A DNA stretch of 57,774 nucleotides, from NCBI GenBank assembly GCA_031422055.1, contig JANOPU010000073.1, positions 1 to 57,774 on the forward strand, given 5' to 3'. The notes under the pieces were generated by a model. The model had not been told where the DNA came from, ran no database searches, and worked only from the letters and a program-made list of their open reading frames with translations. The stretch's first letter is position 1, and each line of letters begins with the position of its first letter. Below, one piece after another: positions 18,437 to 29,838 of the stretch. This DNA comes from Ferruginibacter sp. Its GTDB lineage: Bacteria > Bacteroidota > Bacteroidia > Chitinophagales > Chitinophagaceae. Both the position numbers and the translations under genes were made by a program.

Positions 18437-21400
18437 TTATTTTTTCTTCAGCAATCCATTCCATACTTTTTTCCCCTGGATCCTTCTTACTAAATACATA
18501 ATACCTACAAAGATGAAAAAGAATGGCCCGGCAAAACCAAGTAATCCTATGTATTTGGAACCGTAAAATTTTTCCATCGGGCGACGTAACCTTTCAGAAA
18601 TAATGTACATACTTGGTACCATTATCAATGTAAGGAAGAAAGCGAATATTAAACCGAAGATCATTGTCCAGCTTAAAGGCCCCCAGAATACCACACTATC
18701 CCCACCAAAGAATATATGCGGATTCAAATGTTGAAAGAAGGAGACAAAGTCAATATTAAACCCAACAGCCAAAGGCAGCAGGCCGAGTATGGTTGCAATG
18801 GCAGTAAGCATTACCGGTATGATACGAATTTTTCCGGCCTCAATCGCGGCATCTTTAGTACGTATTCCTCTGCCACGTAATTCATCAGTAAATTCAATTA
18901 ATAAAATTCCGTTCTTAATTACGATACCTGCTAAAGCAATAATACCTACACCCAACATGATGGTTGCAATTGTCATACCTGTAAAAGCATAGCCCAGTAA
19001 TACACCTATGATACTGAAAAATATTTCTGTGATAACAATAAACGGTTTACTGATACTGTTGAACTGCAACACCAATATCATAAAAATGATACCCAAAGCA
19101 ATCAACAATGCCATTCCCAAGAAAGATTGGGTCTCTTTTTCCTGTTCGCTTTGTCCGCTTAGTTTCAGGGTAACATCAGACGGTACTTTATTTTTTGTTT
19201 TAAAATCATCCAGCTTTATTTGCAATTCAGCATTTACTTTACCTACCATGGTAGGATCCAGTACGTTGCTTTGTAACTGTATAGTACGTTTTACATTTTT
19301 ACGTTTTACTGCACCCGTTGCAGTTGTATAATCAACAGTAGCCAGTGCACTGATAGGAATACTCTTTACCCGCATCGTATTCATATCCATGAAAGTGATA
19401 CGCATATTCATGAGATCAGTAATACTATTTCTTACCAAATCGGTAGTGCGCAACTGTATTTTATATTCGTCTTCACCATCTTTTAATTTGCTTACCTCTT
19501 TACCAAATAATGCTGTACGGATCTCCATCCCAATTTGCCCGGTACTGATGCCTTCCATCATAGCTTTTTCCCTGTCTACATTGATAGTTATTTCCGGGCT
19601 GTTCAGATCAACATCCATTTGCAGGTTTTCAATACCAATAACCTGGTTAGTATCCATATAATGTGACAAATCGCTGGCAACTTTTGCAATACTCTCAAAA
19701 TTATCTCCCTGTACTTCAATATTAACCGGAGGGTCTGTAGGTGGCCCGCCATCTTCCTGTGCCACTTCAATGCTGGCACCGGGAATTCCTTTCATCTGCC
19801 TGCGTATTTCATCCTTGAATGGCATGGTCTTCTTCCCTTCCCGTTTATCAAACTCAACAAAAGATACCTGTATGCGGCCCAGGTTCGGTTGTACGCTCCT
19901 GTTATTATCTCTTGGATTATTGGCGCTAACTGCTACATTGGTAATTATACTTTCAACAATACCACCGGGTTGTTCAGGCAATTCTTTTTGTAAAATTTTT
20001 TGTACCCTTCCTTCCAGTAGATGAGTAATACTATCAGTGAATTTGATATCAGTACCAACAGGTAATTTTATATATACGTATATAAAATTAGGATCGCCGC
20101 TGGGGAAGAAAGTAGATTTGTTACCACGTGCCATCAACAATAATATAGAAATGAAAAACAATAAAAATAAAGATGTGAAAGCCCAAACAGGCCTCCAGCC
20201 AACCAAAATCCATTTTAATAATTTTTCATACCGGTTCATTAAAGCAGGCAAAACTCTTTTTTGAAAAGCATGAATAGCTCCGTTCAATACATAAGCGTTG
20301 AATACCATCAGCAGTGCCATCATTAAAAGAAAATTAGCCGTGCCATGCATACCTGCCAAATGCAAAAAAACACCTACTATTGCAAAAAGGACGAACCATT
20401 TATTTGTCCAGATAGCCTTTTTGGGTTTTTCATACTCCTTTCCTTCCGGCTTCATAAAACTAACCGCAAAAACCGGGTTAAAAATAAATGCAACAATGAG
20501 CGAAGCTGCTAATGTCAGTATCAACATTACAGGCAGATAAATCATAAACTTCCCTATCAGCCCTTTCCATAAAAGTAACGGGAAGAAAGGCGCCAGTGTT
20601 GTTGCAGTGCCTGCCAATACCGGTATAAATACTTCGCCGGCTGCTTCCTTGGCACTTCGTACAATAGGTATTTTTCCATTTTTATAAATACGGTGTGTAT
20701 TTTCTATTACCACAATTGCATCATCTACAATAATTCCCAATCCAAGTAATAATGCAAACAGCACAATAAAATTCAAAGTAACTGTTGTTCCAATAATACT
20801 ATCTGCCAAAGGCAAGAACATAAAGGCTACGAATACACTCAATGGAACACTTAACGCCACGAAAAAGGCATTCGTAACACCCATAAAGAACATAAGGATT
20901 AAGAGTACCAGCACAAAACCAATAATGATCGTATTAACCAATTCATTAAAAGAGGTTTTGGTTGCTTTACTCAGATCACCTGTAATAACTACTTTTAAAT
21001 CTTTAGGCAGCTCTTCTTTTTCCTTCATTTCTGCCACAATATTTTTTATTTTATCTGCTGCATTGATGAGGTTTTCTCCGGCACGCTTGACAATATTTAG
21101 CGTAACAACATTTTTTCCATCCAAACGGGCATAACTTTCTTTTTCTTTAATGGTATCTTTCAGTTCGGCTATATCTTTTAAATAAACAGTAGCACCTTGT
21201 GCACTGCTTCGTACAACAATATTATTAAGGTTTAATGCACTGGTAAATTGACCCTTTATCTTTATAGTACGTTTCATGTCACCAACTTCAATCATTCCTC
21301 CGGTAATATCCCTGTTCTCTCTACTGATAGCATTTTCAATATCCATAAAGCTTACCCTGGCCTGGCTCATTTTGTATAGATCGACATTTACCTGTATCTC

Positions 21401-21988
21401 ACGTTCAGGTGCACCCACAATTTCTGCCCTGGTTATTTCGCTAAGTTCTTCAAAACGGCCCTGCATTTTATCGGCATACTGTTTTAGTTTAATGCCATCA
21501 TAATCGCCACTAACGTTTACAAACATGATAGGCATTTCGCTGAAAGCAAACTCGGCCACACTAGGTTCTGAAGTCAAATCATCCGGCAAATCAGTTTTTG
21601 CCTTATCAATGGCATCTTTTACTTTTTGCTTAGCTACTTCTGTTTTTACATCCGTATCAAACTCAGTTACGATCAAGCTATAATCTGCCTGGGATGTACT
21701 GGTTATTTTTTTAACCTTGGCTCCACTGATACCTTTCAATTGTTTTTCAATGGGCCGGGTTACCAAATTCTCAATATCTTTTGGCGAGTTACCTGCATAA
21801 ACAGTAACAATAGAAATGGTAGGTACAACAATATCCGGGAACTGTTCCTTTGGCATGTTGTTGAACTTCATAAGCCCATAAACAGATATCAGTACTGCTA
21901 TTATGTAAATCGCTGTACGGTTGTCAACAGACCAGCTTGTAGGAGAAAACTCTTTAAACTTTTCTTTCACGCCTTCAATAAAATTCAT
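18437..21988 (-). CDS. RND efflux permease (AcrB/AcrD/AcrF family)
   Basis: GIIVDDAIVVIEN, GIVIKNGILLIEF and R..PVMLTA motifs; 1183 aa. Confidence 0.95.
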   Translation of the reverse strand: MNFIEGVKEKFKEFSPTSWSVDNRTAIYIIAVLISVYGLMKFNNMPKEQFPDIVVPTISIVTVYAGNSPKDIENLVTRPIEKQLKGISGAKVKKITSTSQADYSLIVTEFDTDVKTEVAKQKVKDAIDKAKTDLPDDLTSEPSVAEFAFSEMPIMFVNVSGDYDGIKLKQYADKMQGRFEELSEITRAEIVGAPEREIQVNVDLYKMSQARVSFMDIENAISRENRDITGGMIEVGDMKRTIKIKGQFTSALNLNNIVVRSSAQGATVYLKDIAELKDTIKEKESYARLDGKNVVTLNIVKRAGENLINAADKIKNIVAEMKEKEELPKDLKVVITGDLSKATKTSFNELVNTIIIGFVLVLLILMFFMGVTNAFFVALSVPLSVFVAFMFLPLADSIIGTTVTLNFIVLFALLLGLGIIVDDAIVVIENTHRIYKNGKIPIVRSAKEAAGEVFIPVLAGTATTLAPFFPLLLWKGLIGKFMIYLPVMLILTLAASLIVAFIFNPVFAVSFMKPEGKEYEKPKKAIWTNKWFVLFAIVGVFLHLAGMHGTANFLLMMALLMVFNAYVLNGAIHAFQKRVLPALMNRYEKLLKWILVGWRPVWAFTSLFLLFFISILLLMARGNKSTFFPSGDPNFIYVYIKLPVGTDIKFTDSITHLLEGRVQKILQKELPEQPGGIVESIITNVAVSANNPRDNNRSVQPNLGRIQVSFVEFDKREGKKTMPFKDEIRRQMKGIPGASIEVAQEDGGPPTDPPVNIEVQGDNFESIAKVASDLSHYMDTNQVIGIENLQMDVDLNSPEITINVDREKAMMEGISTGQIGMEIRTALFGKEVSKLKDGEDEYKIQLRTTDLVRNSITDLMNMRITFMDMNTMRVKSIPISALATVDYTTATGAVKRKNVKRTIQLQSNVLDPTMVGKVNAELQIKLDDFKTKNKVPSDVTLKLSGQSEQEKETQSFLGMALLIALGIIFMILVLQFNSISKPFIVITEIFFSIIGVLLGYAFTGMTIATIMLGVGIIALAGIVIKNGILLIEFTDELRGRGIRTKDAAIEAGKIRIIPVMLTAIATILGLLPLAVGFNIDFVSFFQHLNPHIFFGGDSVVFWGPLSWTMIFGLIFAFFLTLIMVPSMYIISERLRRPMEKFYGSKYIGLLGFAGPFFFIFVGIMYLVRRIQGKKVWNGLLKKK

Positions 21989-22150
21989 ATGTTTTTATTT
22001 TGCCCACTCTGTTTCTCCGGCAAGAGAATAAAAGAAGGTGATTAAGTTTTATTATTTCATACCCGGTATTAAGTTACTATGCAGGTTTATTGTTGATAAT
22101 TTTTCCTGAGGAAAGAATGCTACAATTCTATACTTCACCAGATTCACATT

Positions 22151-23383
22151 TTAATTTACTGTTGTAGTGATCATTTGACCCTCATACAAATTTTGGAATC
22201 CTTCCGTTACCAAATCATCACCTGCTTTAAGGCCGGATTTTATTTCAACATTTTCGCCATACACTTCCCCAATGGTTATAATGATCCTGTGTGCCATTGA
22301 TTTGCCGTTAGTGCTTTTTGTTAATACATAAACATATTTACCTGTTTCATCCGATTGCAACACATTCACAGGAATAACAATGGCATTAGGCGCTTCATAA
22401 TCCAATATTTTTACAATAGCAGATTGACTAGGTTTTAATGTAGCATCATAAGGAATTTTTGCTTCGGCAATAAAACCTCTTTGTATCGGGTCAATCGACT
22501 GGCTTATTAAAGAAATGGTGCTGTTTACTTTTTTATTTGCATCCGGAATTGTTATTTCTACCACAGAGCCATTACGTATTCTGGTTATATAATTTTCCGG
22601 CACATTTGTAATTACTTTTAAAGAGGAAGTATTTACTATTTTTATCTGCGGACCCATTGCAGTCATCCCTGTAAAAGTTTCTCCTATCTTAATATTAACT
22701 ATATCAGCCACCCCACTAACATCGCTGAATACATTACTTGTTTTTGCCTGTTCTACAGCAAGCTGAACCTGTTCGTTTGTTGATTTCAGTTGATTTTCGA
22801 GCGCTTCAACATTTGTTTTGAAAGTGATCAGTTGTACTTCGGTACCTATACCCTGTTCCCATAAATTTTTCTGCCGTTGGTAAAGGTTTTTTGCAAAAGC
22901 CAACTGAGTTTTGATTCCTTCCAGTTGTTGCCTGGCTGCTATTATCTGTTGCTGCATAATGGCATCATCGAGTTTCAGAAGTAACTGCCCTTTCTTAACC
23001 ATTTGGCCTCTTGTTACAAATATTGCTTTTACCTGTCCACCCATACCGCGTGGAGATATATAAGAAATATTATCAGCATCAACCTGTCCTTTCAAATCAA
23101 TAAAATGTTTAAAATCCTGTGTGGTTACCGGGGTAACTGAGACTAATTTTATCTTAGCAGCATTGGCTGTATTGCTATCCAGTTTCTCCAGTTCAGCCTG
23201 TAATTTTCTGATCTCTTCTTCAGTTTTTACCTGAGTAGCTTTAAGCTTTTCGAGTGCAGTTTTTTTATCCGTAATACCGGCAGATTCATCTGTAGAACTG
23301 ATACCGCAGGATTCAATAAGAAGAAACAGTATTGCTGCAATTGATATTTTAGTAATTTTTTTCATTTCTGTTTTGTTGATCAT
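22151..23383 (-). CDS. RND periplasmic adaptor (MFP)
   Basis: Lipobox-like ESC, G.V.KGQLL.KLD biotinyl/lipoyl-like motif, helical hairpin, GL..GD.LVTEG. Confidence 0.92.
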   Translation of the reverse strand: MINKTEMKKITKISIAAILFLLIESCGISSTDESAGITDKKTALEKLKATQVKTEEEIRKLQAELEKLDSNTANAAKIKLVSVTPVTTQDFKHFIDLKGQVDADNISYISPRGMGGQVKAIFVTRGQMVKKGQLLLKLDDAIMQQQIIAARQQLEGIKTQLAFAKNLYQRQKNLWEQGIGTEVQLITFKTNVEALENQLKSTNEQVQLAVEQAKTSNVFSDVSGVADIVNIKIGETFTGMTAMGPQIKIVNTSSLKVITNVPENYITRIRNGSVVEITIPDANKKVNSTISLISQSIDPIQRGFIAEAKIPYDATLKPSQSAIVKILDYEAPNAIVIPVNVLQSDETGKYVYVLTKSTNGKSMAHRIIITIGEVYGENVEIKSGLKAGDDLVTEGFQNLYEGQMITTTVN

Positions 23384-23389
23384 AATTTT

Positions 23390-24751
23390 TTAGAATTTAC
23401 CTGTAGCTTTTAAGAAATCGACTTTTGCGATGATGGCATCATATAAAGCAGTGATATAATTAGTTTGTGCTGTTTTAAGATCTAATTGAGCTGTATTGAT
23501 CTCTGTTGCCGAACCTGTACCGATCTCATATTTTTTTTTGGTCTGACCATATACTTTTTCTGCCAGTGCCATATTTTTTTTCTGATAATCCATCGTTGCA
23601 ATAGCTACCATGAAATTATTTTTTGCGCTTTCAATTTCCCGATCAATAGTAATTTTTAATGCTTCTGTTTTGTTTTGTGTTTTTTGCAACTCAAGTTTTG
23701 CTTTCTGTATCCTTGCTCTCATAGCTAACCCGTTAAAAATGGGAACCTGCATTTGAATGCCGAGATAAGATGCGGTAAACCAATCTCCTCTTCCAATAAA
23801 ATCAAATTTATTTCTTTGGGCTTGCTTGTTATAGCTGCCTACCAATGAAAAAGTTGGAATCTGCAATAACTTATACCGCCTTACATTTAGGCCATTTAGC
23901 TTATTGGTAACTTCAAAAATCTGAAAGTCTTTTCGCTGGCTATAATTAAACTGGCTGGCTTCTAATACTCCTTCTTTGATTTTATTGTCGCTTAGAGTAT
24001 CTGTTAAAACTAAACTGTCAAGAATCGGCATACCAATTAATAACTTTAATCCGGAATAGCCATTTTTGATCGTGTTCTCTGCTTTAAGTTTTTCTGTCTG
24101 CAGATTAGCGATCTGTACTGCGAGCTTATCGATATCTAATTTTTCAGTAAATCCATTATCATACATCACTTTAACGTCATGGCTTAATTTTTCAAGGCGG
24201 ATGATATTCTCATCCAGTAACTCAATTTGCAATTTGCTTGTAACAAGCAAGAAGTATATTTTATACACATTTGCTTTAATATTCTCTTCGGTCAGTTCTG
24301 CTATATTCTCTTGTAATTTTATGGTTCCATCTCGTGCTTTGAGCGCAATAAATACCTGGCCATCAAAAATGATCTGGCTTAATGTTACCCCTGCAATAGC
24401 ATTCCATTTTGTACCAAATTGTACAGGGGTAAATGTACCTTCAGGCTGACCTGTAATTATGCCGGGTATGAGCGTTACTGGAATATCAAGATAATGTGTA
24501 AGCGTGCTGAAGCCATTTATCTGAGGCAAAGCAATTGATGTGATTTCTTTATTGGTTTGCTTTTGAATTGATATATCCAGCAAAGCATTTTTTATTTCTA
24601 CTGAATGTGCTTTAGCATAATCGACTGCCTGTTGTGCAGAAAATTTATTAGCCTGTTGTGCAATTATTTTTGTTGACAAACACATCAGTACTAAAAACAG
24701 CAGGCTATAATCCCTTAATTTTTTCATCACACTTATTTTTATTCTTACCAT
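23390..24751 (-). CDS. TolC family outer membrane efflux protein
   Basis: Signal peptide, two OEP-like repeats, C-terminal KATGKF; the start may be the second Met. Confidence 0.9.
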   Translation of the reverse strand: MVRIKISVMKKLRDYSLLFLVLMCLSTKIIAQQANKFSAQQAVDYAKAHSVEIKNALLDISIQKQTNKEITSIALPQINGFSTLTHYLDIPVTLIPGIITGQPEGTFTPVQFGTKWNAIAGVTLSQIIFDGQVFIALKARDGTIKLQENIAELTEENIKANVYKIYFLLVTSKLQIELLDENIIRLEKLSHDVKVMYDNGFTEKLDIDKLAVQIANLQTEKLKAENTIKNGYSGLKLLIGMPILDSLVLTDTLSDNKIKEGVLEASQFNYSQRKDFQIFEVTNKLNGLNVRRYKLLQIPTFSLVGSYNKQAQRNKFDFIGRGDWFTASYLGIQMQVPIFNGLAMRARIQKAKLELQKTQNKTEALKITIDREIESAKNNFMVAIATMDYQKKNMALAEKVYGQTKKKYEIGTGSATEINTAQLDLKTAQTNYITALYDAIIAKVDFLKATGKF

Positions 24752-25383
24752 TATATTTTTATCAGTTTTGCTTTATGATCCATATATTTCAATACCATTT
24801 TGTAGCCTTTTAATGTTACCATCCCAAAAAGATAATGAGTAATTATTTCCGCTTCAATTTCAAGGAGGCTGTGTTTTAAACTGCGTTGAAATTCAGGATT
24901 AAAAGGAATGAACATAGTTTCCACACGGTATCTAGCCAGAATGTCTATTACAATTTCCGGTCGGAATAATTCCTCTTTGATTCCCCTTTCAAGATTTTGC
25001 CTGCAAACATTATACAGGTACTCGTTTTTATGTTTCTGAAATTTCTGAAACGCGACAGGATGGTATTTCTGCATATCGAATAAGATAGACGGATTCATCG
25101 ATTTATACATTTTCACTACCATTTCCATAACGAGGAAAATTTCATGAACTGCATTGTCAGCTTTTTCCCTGTCGAGATTACAAGTGCATTGATTGGTATC
25201 AATTACATCTTCTACAACAACTTCAATTAATTCGTCTTTATCCTTAAAGTAATTGTAAATGGTTTTCTTACTCATACCAACGCTGGCAGCTATGTCATCC
25301 ATACTTACACTGCGAATGCTGTATTGCATCACCAGGTCGTGAGCTGCTTTCTGTATCCTTTGTTTTATATCTATATCTGTCAT
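24751..25383 (-). CDS. TetR/AcrR family regulator
   Basis: SMDDIAASVGMSKKTIYNYFKDKDEL helix-turn-helix; heads the efflux operon. Confidence 0.93.
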   Translation of the reverse strand: MTDIDIKQRIQKAAHDLVMQYSIRSVSMDDIAASVGMSKKTIYNYFKDKDELIEVVVEDVIDTNQCTCNLDREKADNAVHEIFLVMEMVVKMYKSMNPSILFDMQKYHPVAFQKFQKHKNEYLYNVCRQNLERGIKEELFRPEIVIDILARYRVETMFIPFNPEFQRSLKHSLLEIEAEIITHYLFGMVTLKGYKMVLKYMDHKAKLIKI

Positions 25384-25402
25384 AATTGGAGTGCAAAACT
25401 AA

Positions 25403-25430
25403 GGAAACTTTTAATGTAACCAAAGTTTCC
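25403..25430. promoter_or_regulatory. Probable TetR operator
   Basis: 9-bp IR ggaaacttt-N10-aaagtttcc next to the -7 element TAGTTTTG upstream of tetR. Confidence 0.65.
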
Positions 25431-25596
25431 ATCACTTTTTTTTACCATTCGTAACAATTTTTGGAAGAAGTTTCATTGGTTTATGCTGAACAATTTGTTC
25501 CATTTCTCTATCAATTGAGCATGTCAAACGTTTTGAACGCTAATAATTTATACTGTTATATTCATTAAAGTATCTTTGAGCAATAAACATTTTCTC

Positions 25597-26232
25597 ATGA
25601 AAACAGCATTTCATTATAAAAAACTGCTACAATGGTTTTTGCAGGGTCTGTTGGTTCTTGCACCAATTACAATCACATTATATGCACTGTATGCGGTAAT
25701 AACAACGATAGACGGCTGGATTCCTCTATTTACCTATGTAGATGATAAAGGGGTTGTTCATGTACAGAATTATGGTGTAGGCCTCATCATTATTCTTACT
25801 GTTATCATTTTGATCGGTTATTTCAGTTCATTTTTCATTACCGGCCGCATCATTAGTTTTTTGGATAAGTTCATGGAAAAAACACCCGGGATCAAACATA
25901 TTTATTCTACTACAAGAGATTTTTTTGAGGCATTTGCCGGCGACAAAAAAAAATTCACACAAAATGTATTAGCCAATGTTGATGATAATGATGTGTGGAG
26001 GCTTGGTTTTGTAACAAGGAACGATATGTCAGATTTTGGGTTAAAAGATTATGTATCTGTTTATATACCTATGGCATATTCTGTAGCAGGAAATGTATAT
26101 ATCCTGCCCAGATCGAGGGTAAAGCCGATTACGAACATCAACAGTGCACAAACCATGAAATTTGCAGTAAGTGGCGGTGTAACTGATATTGATGAAGATG
26201 TTACCATTCAAACTGATACTATTAAATCATAA
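25597..26232 (+). CDS. DUF502 membrane protein
   Basis: FLQGLLVLAPI.IT, P.IK.IY, LGFVT and MKFAVSGG motifs. Confidence 0.85.
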   Translation: MKTAFHYKKLLQWFLQGLLVLAPITITLYALYAVITTIDGWIPLFTYVDDKGVVHVQNYGVGLIIILTVIILIGYFSSFFITGRIISFLDKFMEKTPGIKHIYSTTRDFFEAFAGDKKKFTQNVLANVDDNDVWRLGFVTRNDMSDFGLKDYVSVYIPMAYSVAGNVYILPRSRVKPITNINSAQTMKFAVSGGVTDIDEDVTIQTDTIKS

Positions 26233-26291
26233 AGGCAGGTTCTGTTTTAAACAAAATAATTACTGTAATTTTCGTTTACAAATAGTTTTAA

Positions 26292-27260
26292 ATGAAGCGA
26301 ATATTTTTCCTGGTAATAGCCTGCAGCATCACAACAAATTGTTTTTGCTGGGGATTTTATGCACATAGGAAAATAAATTACTTTGCTGCTTTTTTGCTGC
26401 CTCCGGAAATGATGGTATTGTATAAACCAAACCTTGAATTTATTGCTGAACACGCCATAGATCCTGATAAACGCCGTTATGCAATACCGGAAGAAGGGCC
26501 ACGTCATTATATAGATATTGATCGCTATGGCGAATACCCTTATAAATCACTGCCACGAAAATGGCAGGATGCCGTTGCAAAATTTTCTGAAGATACTTTG
26601 ATGCAACATGGAATCGTTCCGTGGCATGTACAGGTAATGTTGCAAAGGCTTACAAACGCATTCAGGGAAAAAAATTTTAGTAAGATCATGAAGAACAGTG
26701 CGGAGATCGGGCATTATATTTCAGATGCACATGTGCCTTTACACACAAGCAGTAATCACAATGGCCAATTGACCAATCAGAAAGGCATACATGGATTTTG
26801 GGAAAGCAGGGTGCCGGAATTACTGGCCGAAAGGCAATTTGATTTTTTTATTGGTAAAGCAGTTTATATAAAAGATCCCGGAGAGTTCATCTGGGCCCGT
26901 GTGTTGGAAAGTGCCAAAGCAAGTGACAGTGTATTGTTATTTGAAAGAGAGTTGACAAAATCATTTCCGGATGATCAGAAATATTCATTCGAACAAAGAA
27001 ATAATGTGATCATCAGGCAATATTCATCTGCATTTACCATTGCTTATAATAATAAACTGGATGGAATGATTGAAAGGCGGATGAGGCAATCTATATCTTC
27101 TGTAGCATCTTTCTGGTACACCGCCTGGGTAAATGCCGGACAACCTGACCTTAAAGGTCTCATTGAACAAAAATTATCAGAAAAAGACCTCAAAGAATTT
27201 GAAGAGTTGAACAGTAAATGGAATAATGCGGGGAAAATGATGGGAAGGCAGGAAGAGTAG
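26292..27260 (+). CDS. S1/P1 nuclease / Zn-dependent phospholipase C family protein
   Basis: Signal peptide then WGFYAH; HYIDID; HYISDAHVPLH; HGFWES. Confidence 0.85.
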   Translation: MKRIFFLVIACSITTNCFCWGFYAHRKINYFAAFLLPPEMMVLYKPNLEFIAEHAIDPDKRRYAIPEEGPRHYIDIDRYGEYPYKSLPRKWQDAVAKFSEDTLMQHGIVPWHVQVMLQRLTNAFREKNFSKIMKNSAEIGHYISDAHVPLHTSSNHNGQLTNQKGIHGFWESRVPELLAERQFDFFIGKAVYIKDPGEFIWARVLESAKASDSVLLFERELTKSFPDDQKYSFEQRNNVIIRQYSSAFTIAYNNKLDGMIERRMRQSISSVASFWYTAWVNAGQPDLKGLIEQKLSEKDLKEFEELNSKWNNAGKMMGRQEE

Positions 27261-27410
27261 CATTATAGTTTTTATCCCACCTTTTTCGTTGTGTGCATTT
27301 TACAAAACTTTATCTTTTAAAAAATTAACAAAGTGTTTTGTTGAATATTTATTTTAATTTGTACCTCCTAACATTAAACACCTGCATTTTTAAAAATTAA
27401 AATTTTTTTT

Positions 27411-29732
27411 ATGAAACGCATGAACCTGATACTATTTTTTTGTTCATTTTTCACAATGAACTCAATAGCCCAAACAACAATCATTCCATATGGTTCATCC
27501 TGGAAATACCTGGATAATGGAACAAACCAGGGTACTACCTGGAGAACGACAGCCTTTAATGATGCTGCCTGGGCAAGCGGTAATGCGCAACTGGGTTATG
27601 GCGATGGTGATGAAACAACCGTTGTAAGTTTTGGCCCAAATACCAGCTCAAAATACATCACTACTTATTTCAGAAAAACAATTTCAATTCCTGATATAAG
27701 CCTTTATTCCGGCTTTACACTAAACTTAAAACGCGATGACGGCGCAGTTGTTTATATAAACGGAACAGAACGTTTCAGAACCAATATGCCTACAGGTACT
27801 ATTTCAAATACAACCAGAGCCTCAACAGCTGCCAGCGATGATGGAAATACAACACAGGTTAGAGCAATTTTACTTTCTCAAATGGTACAGGGCACCAATG
27901 TGATTGCTGTAGAAATGCACCAGAATATAAAAACCAGTTCCGATCTTTCTTTTGATCTTGAATTGATAGGAAACATTGCAGGGCAGGTAACAGCAACGCT
28001 TACCCGCGGACCTTATATGAACAGTGCCACCCAAACCGGCGTTGTTATCCGCTGGAGATCAAATGTTGCTACAAACAGTAAAGTGAATTTTGGTACGACT
28101 GCCGGAAGTTTAACACAGTCTGTTACGGATAATATTTCTACAACAGAACATATTGTAACGCTTACCGGTCTTACAGCAAATACACAATATTATTATTCAA
28201 TTGGTTCTACCACCCAAACATTACAGGGTGATGCCAATAATTATTTCAGAACAATGCCAATCGTTGGCAGCACACAAAAAGTAAGGGTAATGGCCATGGG
28301 CGATATGGGCAATAATTCTACTAACCAGGTGAATGTACGCAATGCTTACAGTGCTTTTAACGGAACCAATTATACCGATATCTGGATGCTGATGGGCGAC
28401 AATGCTTATAACAGCGGTACCGATGCAGAATTTCAAACAAACTTCTATAATATTTACCAGGGCTCTCTTACTAAAAATCATGTACTTTGGCCAAGCCCCG
28501 GAAATCATGACTATGCTGGCAGTTCCGCACGACAGGCAGACCATGCCATTCCATATTTTGATATGTTCACTTTACCTAAACTGGGAGAAGCCGGTGGTGT
28601 TGCATCCAATACCGAGGCTTTTTATTCTTACAATTATGCCAACGTACATTTTGTAGCGCTCGATTCATACGGATGGGAGGCTGGTAATACCAGGCTTTAC
28701 GACACTTTAGGCCCACAGGCTGTATGGCTGAAGCAAGACCTTGCTGCCAACACACAGAAGTGGACTGTTGTGTATTTTCACCACCCACCATATACAAAAG
28801 GTTCTCATAATTCGGATACAGAATCGGAATTAATCAATATGCGGAACAATGTTGTTAGAATTTTGGAAAGATATAATGTTGATTTGGTTTTGAACGGACA
28901 CAGTCATAGTTACGAAAGAAGTTTCTTAATAAATGGTCATTATGGTTTAGAAACTACTTTTAGTCCTGCAGCTCATGCATTAAGTTCTGCCAGTGCCCTT
29001 TATAATGGAACTGCAAACTCATGCCTGTATGTAAAAAATGCTGCTGATGTACGTAAAGGAATTGTGTTTGCTATTGTTGGGTCAGCGGGACAACTTGGTG
29101 GCAGCACTTCAGGATATCCGCACAATGCTATGTATTATTCAAATGTTACTAATGGTGGTGCACTATTTTTTGAAATTGAGAATAACCGTCTGGATGCCAA
29201 ATGGATCGGGTCTGATGGGGTGATCAGAGATAATTTCACCATGATGAAAGACGTAAATGTTACAACAAATATCACGATCAACGCAGGTGACAATGTTAAT
29301 TTAACTGCATCCTGGATAGGAACGTATAATTGGTCTACAACCGAAACGGCTAAAACAATTAATGTAAGCCCTGCTGTTAATTCAACATACACTGTTACTG
29401 ATGCCAATAATTGTATAACAGATGTATTCAATATTACAGTGAATACGCCATTAACTAAAACCGCTTCCGGAATTGAAAAAATTAAACCAACTCAACAGTT
29501 GAAATTGTATCCTTCGGTTGTACCGGGTGGTACGGCCATAAATATCACCGCTGGTAATTCAACAAATAAAATGAATTCGGTTGTATTTGATATTCAGGGC
29601 AAAGTGGTCAGGTCGTTTAATTTTAGCGGTTCAACCATTTTAAACACCATAGGTTTAAAAGCAGGCATGTACCGGATTAGATCTGTTGATAAGAACACTA
29701 TTTATAACAATAGTTTTATCATTTCACAGTAA
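27411..29732 (+). CDS. Secreted purple-acid-phosphatase-like metallophosphoesterase with T9SS-type C-terminal domain
   Basis: GDMG, GDNAY, GNHD, HHPPY and GHSHSYER motifs; FN3-like N-terminal domain; CTD 'LYP....FDIQGKVV...GL.AGMY.I'. Confidence 0.88.
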   Translation: MKRMNLILFFCSFFTMNSIAQTTIIPYGSSWKYLDNGTNQGTTWRTTAFNDAAWASGNAQLGYGDGDETTVVSFGPNTSSKYITTYFRKTISIPDISLYSGFTLNLKRDDGAVVYINGTERFRTNMPTGTISNTTRASTAASDDGNTTQVRAILLSQMVQGTNVIAVEMHQNIKTSSDLSFDLELIGNIAGQVTATLTRGPYMNSATQTGVVIRWRSNVATNSKVNFGTTAGSLTQSVTDNISTTEHIVTLTGLTANTQYYYSIGSTTQTLQGDANNYFRTMPIVGSTQKVRVMAMGDMGNNSTNQVNVRNAYSAFNGTNYTDIWMLMGDNAYNSGTDAEFQTNFYNIYQGSLTKNHVLWPSPGNHDYAGSSARQADHAIPYFDMFTLPKLGEAGGVASNTEAFYSYNYANVHFVALDSYGWEAGNTRLYDTLGPQAVWLKQDLAANTQKWTVVYFHHPPYTKGSHNSDTESELINMRNNVVRILERYNVDLVLNGHSHSYERSFLINGHYGLETTFSPAAHALSSASALYNGTANSCLYVKNAADVRKGIVFAIVGSAGQLGGSTSGYPHNAMYYSNVTNGGALFFEIENNRLDAKWIGSDGVIRDNFTMMKDVNVTTNITINAGDNVNLTASWIGTYNWSTTETAKTINVSPAVNSTYTVTDANNCITDVFNITVNTPLTKTASGIEKIKPTQQLKLYPSVVPGGTAINITAGNSTNKMNSVVFDIQGKVVRSFNFSGSTILNTIGLKAGMYRIRSVDKNTIYNNSFIISQ

Positions 29733-29748
29733 AAATTATTTATTTATT

Positions 29749-29785
29749 AAAAAGAGGCTGTCTCGTAAAGAGGCAGCCTCTTTTT
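29749..29785 (+). terminator. Intrinsic (likely bidirectional) terminator
   Basis: aaaaagaggctgtctc-gtaaa-gaggcagcctcttttt. Confidence 0.85.
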
Positions 29786-29838
29786 ATTTTCTAAAGCATC
29801 ATTCATATTTCATTATTTTTGCAGCTTAATTTTTTTAC

